From the NCBI GenBank assembly GCA_964016885.1, contig OZ024765.1, positions 12,648,001-12,712,000 of the forward strand: a stretch of DNA of 64,000 nucleotides, written 5' to 3'. The first letter of the stretch is position 1. Every line of letters begins with the position of its first letter. A program made the position numbers and the translations under genes. The stretch comes from Eledone cirrhosa (taxonomy: Eukaryota). Under the pieces are notes generated by a model. It saw only the letters and a list, made by a program, of their open reading frames with translations, ran no database searches and was not told the DNA's origin. Shown piece after piece: positions 57,004 to 64,000 of the stretch.

Positions 57004-57398
57004 TAGATAAGATATATAATTGTTTCTACTTTAGGCACAAGGCCAGCAATTACCCAGTGCATTACTGGTACTTTATTTTATAGACCCCGTAAGGATGAAA
57101 GGCAAAGTCAACCTCGGCGGGATTTGAACTCAGACTGTAAAGGGACGTAACTATGCTAGAAAGCATGGCGTCCAACCCTCTAGATAAGATATATAATTGT
57201 TTCGACTTTAGGCACAAGGCCAGCAATTACCCAGTGCATTACTGGTACTTTATTTTATCGACCCCGTAAGGATGAAAGGCAAAGTCAACCTCGGCGGGAT
57301 TTGAACTCAGATCATAAAGGGACGTAACTATGCTGGAAAGCATGGCGTCCGACCCTCTACCGATACTGCCAATCCGCCGCCTTTCTAGATAAGATATA
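57004..57398 (-). mobile_element. Tandem pair of SINE-B copies
   Basis: 57017-57181 and 57194-57382; tagataagatata flanks each unit. Confidence 0.85.
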
Positions 57399-57700
57399 AA
57401 ATGAAGAAGAAATAGGAGTGTATAAGAAGACGTAGGCAAGCGATTTAGCAGAGTCTTTTACAGTGTTGGATAAAATGCTTTGCAGTATTCGTTCCGGCTC
57501 GCTGCTCTCTGAGTTCAAATCCCGTCGAGATTAACTTTGCGTTTCACCCTTACAATTACAAGGTCGTCTCACTCTCTCACACACACACATTCTCTCTCTG
57601 TCTCCCCCTCTCTCTCTCTCCGAAATCGGCTGCCAGGGTTAAGGTGCCCAAAACACCACTACTCACTTCAACACCCTTAAGGTTCTGCCAATTTACCAAT

Positions 57701-57789
<89 letters not shown>

Positions 57790-57985
57790 AAAGTAATTAT
57801 TTTTCAAATACGAAAACAGATAACTAGGCGTTTTTTTAATGTAAATAAAATGCTCTGGTACGATTTTGGACGAAATATTGTGGTTAAGGTAGTTATATCT
57901 TATTTAATTCTGAGGATTTCTAATATTGAGCTCTTAATATAAATGATGAAACATATGTAAATTAAAATATGATATAATTAGCAGT

Positions 57986-58022
<37 letters not shown>

Positions 58023-58108
58023 CAAAAAAAGAGGTGAAACAACAAAGCAAACGACACAATACAATGAAGAAATATATTAGTTTAACGCTTGACATCGTAG
58101 GAAGATAG

Positions 58109-58144
58109 TCTTAACGTTTCGGACACTAGTCCTTCATCAAAAGA
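58109..58144 (-). ncRNA. Minimal hammerhead with C3U substitution
   Basis: tctt TTGATGA a ggac tagt gtcc GAAA cg TT aaga. Confidence 0.6.
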
Positions 58145-58237
58145 TAGAATGAGAAATAAAGGTTGAAATAGAAAGATAGATAGTGAGAAGAGGAAGGAAC
58201 GAAAAATGAAAGAAAAAAAAAACACGTGTGTATTACG

Positions 58238-58302
<65 letters not shown>

Positions 58303-58441
58303 TTAGGTTAATAGGAGTTAGGTATTGTATACCCGTGTTCCATTAAGGTATTGGCAGCATAATAATTAGCTCTATGCTTTGGAGCAGAGCCGTATATATG
58401 ATAAAGAACACAAGAGCGTCTACAACATCAAACATTTTATA

Positions 58442-58486
58442 GTTCTGACGAATCCTACTGTTACGTAAGGAAGAAACATTGTAAGC
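58442..58486 (+). ncRNA. Minimal hammerhead motif inside an inverted repeat
   Basis: gtt CTGACGA a tcct..agga a GAAA cattg TA agc; arms ~58394-58431/58499-58537. Confidence 0.6.
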
Positions 58487-58528
58487 CAATAAAAATCTTT
58501 TGATGTTGTAGTCGCTCTTGTGTTCTTT

Positions 58529-58573
<45 letters not shown>

Positions 58574-58590
58574 GTTATTCACTCTTAATT

Positions 58591-58633
<43 letters not shown>

Positions 58634-58964
58634 CCCTGAGCACTTTACACACTAATTTCATTATTATTTATATACACAAAAAGAAAAACCGAAATACGTA
58701 TGGCGAACGAACAGAATCATCTGTATTCCTCATCAGCCACCAAAATTGTGTGCATAAGTGTGGTATTGCATAATATTCAGCCCAGGCTGCACGACTGTTT
58801 AGAACACGCCACCAGAAAGATGCGTATGAGATAATAATTCCCCTTCGATTTATATGAAATTTAAATCATAGGTAAATGACAAGATATGATGCCTATTCAC
58901 AAAAGCTTTGAATTGACATTTTGAAAAAAATTGTTTACAAGAAACAAAATAAGAATAAGATTTA

Positions 58965-59153
58965 ATAATTGTTTCTACCATTGGCACAAGGCCAGCAATC
59001 ATCCCAGTGCATTACTGGTACTTTATTTTATCGACTCCGTAAGGATGAAAGGCAAAGTTAACCTCGGCGGGATTCGAACTCAGAATGGCAAGGGCCATAA
59101 CTTTATGCGTCAAAGCATGGCGTCCGACCCTCTGCCGATACTGCCAATCCACC
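58965..59153 (-). mobile_element. tRNA-derived SINE family B
   Basis: Full-length copy. Confidence 0.85.
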
Positions 59154-59360
59154 ACACTGAATAAGATTTAATAATGTAATTTTGATTTGATATATTACAA
59201 AAAATAATGTTTTCTAATTTTTCATGCATTACATTTTACATTGAGTAATATTGAAATGCAGAGTTTTTCTCCATAAATTATATCACTGATTTAAAATCAA
59301 TCATCATTTTCTTACAAAAAAAAATGTGTGAAACGCAGCAAGGCGCGAGTAATTCGGCTA

Positions 59361-59403
<43 letters not shown>

Positions 59404-59675
59404 CATACATACACATGCAGGGCGGCATATTAGCAGGGTCTTTAGAAGGTCAGATAGAATGCTTTACAGTATTCATTCCAGCTCTCTGCACTGGTCAACT
59501 TTACCTTTCTCCCTTTCGAGATCAATAAAAATAGTAATACAGGTAGTTCTAGTACTGGGCTGGTTCTTCCTCTATATATTTTTCTCATTTCCTTTCTCAC
59601 ACGTTTTATCCTTCTCTGGGATAAGGATAAAAAGGATTCCTCATAGCGAACAATAAAAATTCTTTTTCCGTATTT

Positions 59676-60128
59676 TAACCCTTTAGCATTTAAACCGGCC
59701 GAATCCAGCCAGAATTCCCTGACCTCTTTCTGTTCAAACCGGCCATAACAAGCTATTCATACTGATGTCAAGGTATTGTTCTCAAAATAAATAATATCAA
59801 AATCTCGTAAATTCGATAATATGTGAGATAAAGGGCGGTGGATTGGCAGTATCGGTAGAGGGTCGGACGCCATGCTTTGCAGCATAGAGGTGCGGCCCTT
59901 TATGATCTGAGTTCAAATCCCGCCAAGGTTAACTTTGCCTTTTATCTTTATGGGGTCGATAAAATAAAGTACCAGTCACGCACTGGGGTCGATTTAATCG
60001 TCTTTCTTTCCCCTCATCCCAAATTACTGGCCTTGTGCCTATATAAGAAATTATAATTATGTGAGATAAAGCCTTTACAGTGAAAATACATTAGTAAATA
60101 TAGAGTAATCTAAATGCTAAAGGGTTAA
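59676..60128. mobile_element. piggyBac-like MITE with nested SINE-B (~59832-60055)
   Basis: TTAA-ccctttagcattta ... taaatgctaaaggg-TTAA. Confidence 0.8.
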
Positions 60129-60195
60129 CAGTTCTTCACCCTATTCTATATCCCTTTAGCATTTACATTGCTCTATATATACTATAATATTTACT

Positions 60196-61356
60196 CAGTG
60201 AATATCAAACACTGGGTTATGGGATCAGCCTCAGAGATTTGTGTAGTTCTAAAACTCCATTTACCCTTTAGTATTTACATTACTCTATATATACTATTAT
60301 ACTTTCATGGTAAAGGCTTTCCCTCACACAATTATCTCACATAATATTGAGTATAATACTTTAACGTTAGTATGAGTGGCCAGTTATGGCCAGTTTGAAC
60401 AGAAAGAGGTGAGAGAATTCTGGCTAGATACAGCTGGTTTAAATGCTAAAGGGTTAAAATATCACCATTTCATTTCAAATGCTTCTCAGTGAATATCAAA
60501 CACTGGGTTATGGGATCTGCCTCAGAGATTTGTGTAGTTCTAAAACTCCATTTACCCTTTAGTATTTACATTACTCTATATATACTATTATACTTTCATG
60601 GTAAAGGCTTCCCCTCACACAATTATCTCCCATAATATCGAATCTATGAGTGCAATACTTTAACGTTAGTATGAGTGGCCAGTTATGGCCGATTTGAACA
60701 GAAAGAGGAGAGAGAATTCTGGCTAGATACAGCTGGTTTAAATGCTAAAGGGTTAAAATATCACCATTTCATTTCAAATGCTTCTCAGTGAATATCAAAC
60801 ACTGGGTTATGGGATCTGCCTCAGAGATTTGTGTAGTTCTAAAACTCCATTTACCCTTTAGTATTTACATTACTCTATATATACTATTATACTTTCATGG
60901 TAAAGGCTTCCCCTCACACAATTATCTCCCATAATATCGAATCTATGAGTGCAATACTTTAACGTTAGTATGAGTGGCCAGTTATGGCCGATTTGAACAG
61001 AAAGAGGAGAGAGAATTCTGGCTAGATACAGCTGGTTTAAATGCTAAAGGGTTAAAATATCACCATTTCATTTCAAATGCTTCTCAGTGAATATCAAACA
61101 CTGGGTTATGGGATCTGCCTCAGAGATTTGTGTAGTTCTAAAACTCCATTTACCCTTTAGTATTTACATTACTCTATATATACTATTATACTTTCATGGT
61201 AAAGGCTTCCCCTCACACAATTATCTCCCATAATATCGAATCTATGAGTGCAATACTTTAACGTTAGTATGAGTGGCCAGTTATAGCCGATTTGAACAGA
61301 AAGAGGAGAGAGAATTCTGGCTGGATACAGCTGGTTTAAATGCTAAAGGGTTAAAA
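60196..61356. repeat. ~299-bp tandem array (4 units), each holding a piggyBac-like MITE plus flank
   Basis: cagtgaatatcaaacac at 60196, 60487, 60786, 61085; each unit contains aaatgctaaagggttaa. Confidence 0.9.
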
Positions 61357-61983
61357 TAAACTAAGCCACAAGTCTTTGGTTGTAGTAAAAAGACAAACCA
61401 CTCTGCCCGATATTTCTCAAGTCACCCAAATAAGAAAATTCTCCAAACCAAGTTAAGCGCTTTTTTTCTTCTTCTCTCTCAAAATGCTAAAGATTTTGAT
61501 ATTTATTTTGAAATCAATACCTTAACATCAGTATGAGTGGACAGTTATGGCCTGTTTGAACAGAACTTTCAATTTTGAGAGAATTTTGGCTGGATACAGC
61601 CTGTTTAAATGCTAAAGGGTTAAGCTATTTTATAGCATCGGCCTTTATAATTATATAACAATAAAATAAAGTCTTTACAACTGGAAACAATACAGGATAC
61701 AGTGTATGTAGGTCTGCGAATGGGGGCGGGTATGGCGACGGGGGGGGGGGGGGATATAAATAGACTTTCGTCAAAAAACAGATGGGAGGGAGTTGTCACG
61801 TTGATAGGTAAGTAGTTAATTAAAGGAGTGCATAGCGTTACAGTATTAATAAATAGCAATGTGTGTGTGTGTGTGTGTGTGTGTATGTCTATGCGCGCGT
61901 GAATATCTATCTATCTATCTACGTATCTCTCTCTAGACACACACACACATATATATATACACATACATATATATACATATATC

Positions 61984-62022
<39 letters not shown>

Positions 62023-62101
62023 CCAAGGGCATACATATAAAGAACCACACCCAGCCGTTACTTTATAAGGTCAGAGTACTAATAATAACAACAACAACAA
62101 C

Positions 62102-62135
<34 letters not shown>

Positions 62136-62528
62136 GTAATAATAAAACAATGAAATCGTAAATCAAAGAACTGCCCTCCCCCGCTATCCCACCATGCCCT
62201 GTAATAATGTGTTTTTCTTGTCTTACTTCCAAACAGCTACAAGATTTGGTTTAACACCTACATGTAAATATCTTTTTTATCACACCTGTGATGGTGGTGT
62301 TGTTGTTGCTGTTGATGATGTTGGTGGTGGTAGTTGTAGAGGTGGTGGTGGTGGTGGTGTTTGTGGTGGTGGTGTTGGTATTGTTGTTGATGGTAGTGGT
62401 TGCGGGGGTGGTGTATTTTGATATACACGTACATGCATACGTATGTACATCCAAATATAAATGCATACATACATAAATACAAAACGTAAGCACACATGCA
62501 TTTCTCCCTCTCTCCTCTTTCCTTGCCC

Positions 62529-62656
<128 letters not shown>

Positions 62657-62839
62657 TATAAATGAAGTAATTCCGTCGGAAAGTTCCAGGAAAAAAGAAT
62701 GCTCCATGTAGGTTTCAGAGCTTAATAGTTATGTAATAAACAACATAAGATAATTATTTCATTTACCAGTGGTTCCTCACTTTCATATAGATTATATTTT
62801 TTGCTTTTAAAATCCACTGTCAATAAATACACCAGGATT

Positions 62840-62900
62840 TTTCATTCTGATGACTGAAAGCAAATTTCGTTTGCTTTCAAGAAACCACTGGTAAATGAAA
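62840..62900 (+). ncRNA. Minimal hammerhead ribozyme inside an inverted repeat
   Basis: tttcatt CTGATGA c tgaaagcaaa tttcg tttgctttca a GAAA ccactgg TA aatgaaa; arms ~62726-62773/62883-62931. Confidence 0.9.
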
Positions 62901-62974
62901 TAATTATCTTATGTTGTTTATTACATAACTATATATACAGTATATATATATATTTAAGAGGGAGAGAGAGAGTC

Positions 62975-63168
62975 GATCGACTTTCGTCAAACAAAGTTTC
63001 CGTTGGTCTTTCCAATTGCTAATATTATCTATCGGTGGCAACTCCAGGTACAAGGAGCAACGTGAAATAAAGTATCTTGCTCAAGGACATAAATACCACC
63101 CGGTCTAGGAATCGAACTCACAGCCTCACGATTGCGAGTCCAATTCTCTAACGACTCAGCCACATGCC

Positions 63169-63170
<2 letters not shown>
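62975..63170 (-). mobile_element. tRNA-derived SINE family C
   Basis: Homolog of 20185-20400. Confidence 0.8.
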
Positions 63171-63230
<60 letters not shown>

Positions 63231-64000
63231 ATGTTTTCAATTATTGGGGATAGAGACCCATTAGTGTTTTCTTATCTATTATTCATTTTATTAAGTCTTA
63301 ATAAAATGAATATTTAAACTCTGCATCGGTATTGTGTTCTTTTTTCTCAGCCGTCAACAACATGCGTATATATATATATATATAAAACAAAGGAATTGTG
63401 GTAAGGAACCAGATGGACCATAAGGCACCAGAGTACTCAATACTTAGGGTAGTGGAAACGGCTTGAGCTCTGCCGTCGGGGTCATACTTTTTCCTATATA
63501 TATATATATGTGTGTGTGCAGAAGTAATGACGGTCTCACGAAAATGTACCTGGTACATTCCATAAGAGTGGTTGGCGACAGGAAGGGCACACCACTGTAG
63601 AAACCATGCCTAAAAGGGTTGAAAGGACCCTTCAGTTGTGTCAATGACACAACAACCTCTCTAGTATGTATATGTGTGTGTATGAGTGTATGTGTGAGTA
63701 TGTATATTTGCTTGTAAAAAAGCTGAGAAGGTTTGAAGATTGTGATGTGCGCCAGGCCATGACATATTTGTGAGGCTACTGTCTATATATTGTTACCGGC
63801 CTGCGTGCTTGCGTCTCAGCTGACCAGCATAGGGAGTGACTGAGGCTGAACTGAAAGGTGTGCATGTGTGTGAGTGTTTATATAGGCGCACAAGGGTGTG
63901 TAATCGTACAGGTGTGTGTAGGAATAATGGCATATGCACGCATATGAACTAGGAAGAGCTTTCGACGTGCATACGTCATGATATTTCGACAAAATTCCAC

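Overview
AT-rich, microsatellite-saturated animal DNA made of (TA)n, (CA)n, (GA)n and (CCA)n tracts; the SINE families resemble those of Octopus (inference). No intact protein-coding gene is evident. Nearly all ORFs in the track are simple-repeat artefacts. The real coding remnants are retrotransposon and transposon fragments (RTE, CR1-like, Tx1/L1, CRE-like, mariner). Also present are tRNA-derived SINEs, hAT-, Tc1- and piggyBac-like MITEs, a Helitron and tandem arrays. The main signal is an RNA system: about 25 minimal type I hammerhead ribozyme motifs, folded by eye, from many unrelated sequence families. Many sit in short fold-back (inverted-repeat) elements between (TA)n tracts, consistent with non-autonomous Penelope-like/retrozyme-like elements. 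They include a compensatory U3-A8 core variant (UUGANAA) in three families and a subclass with a conserved C.C mismatch in stem II. One palindrome has its axis at the predicted cleavage site. A candidate HDV-like ribozyme lies at the 5' end of another repeat. All folds and coordinates were read manually and are untested.
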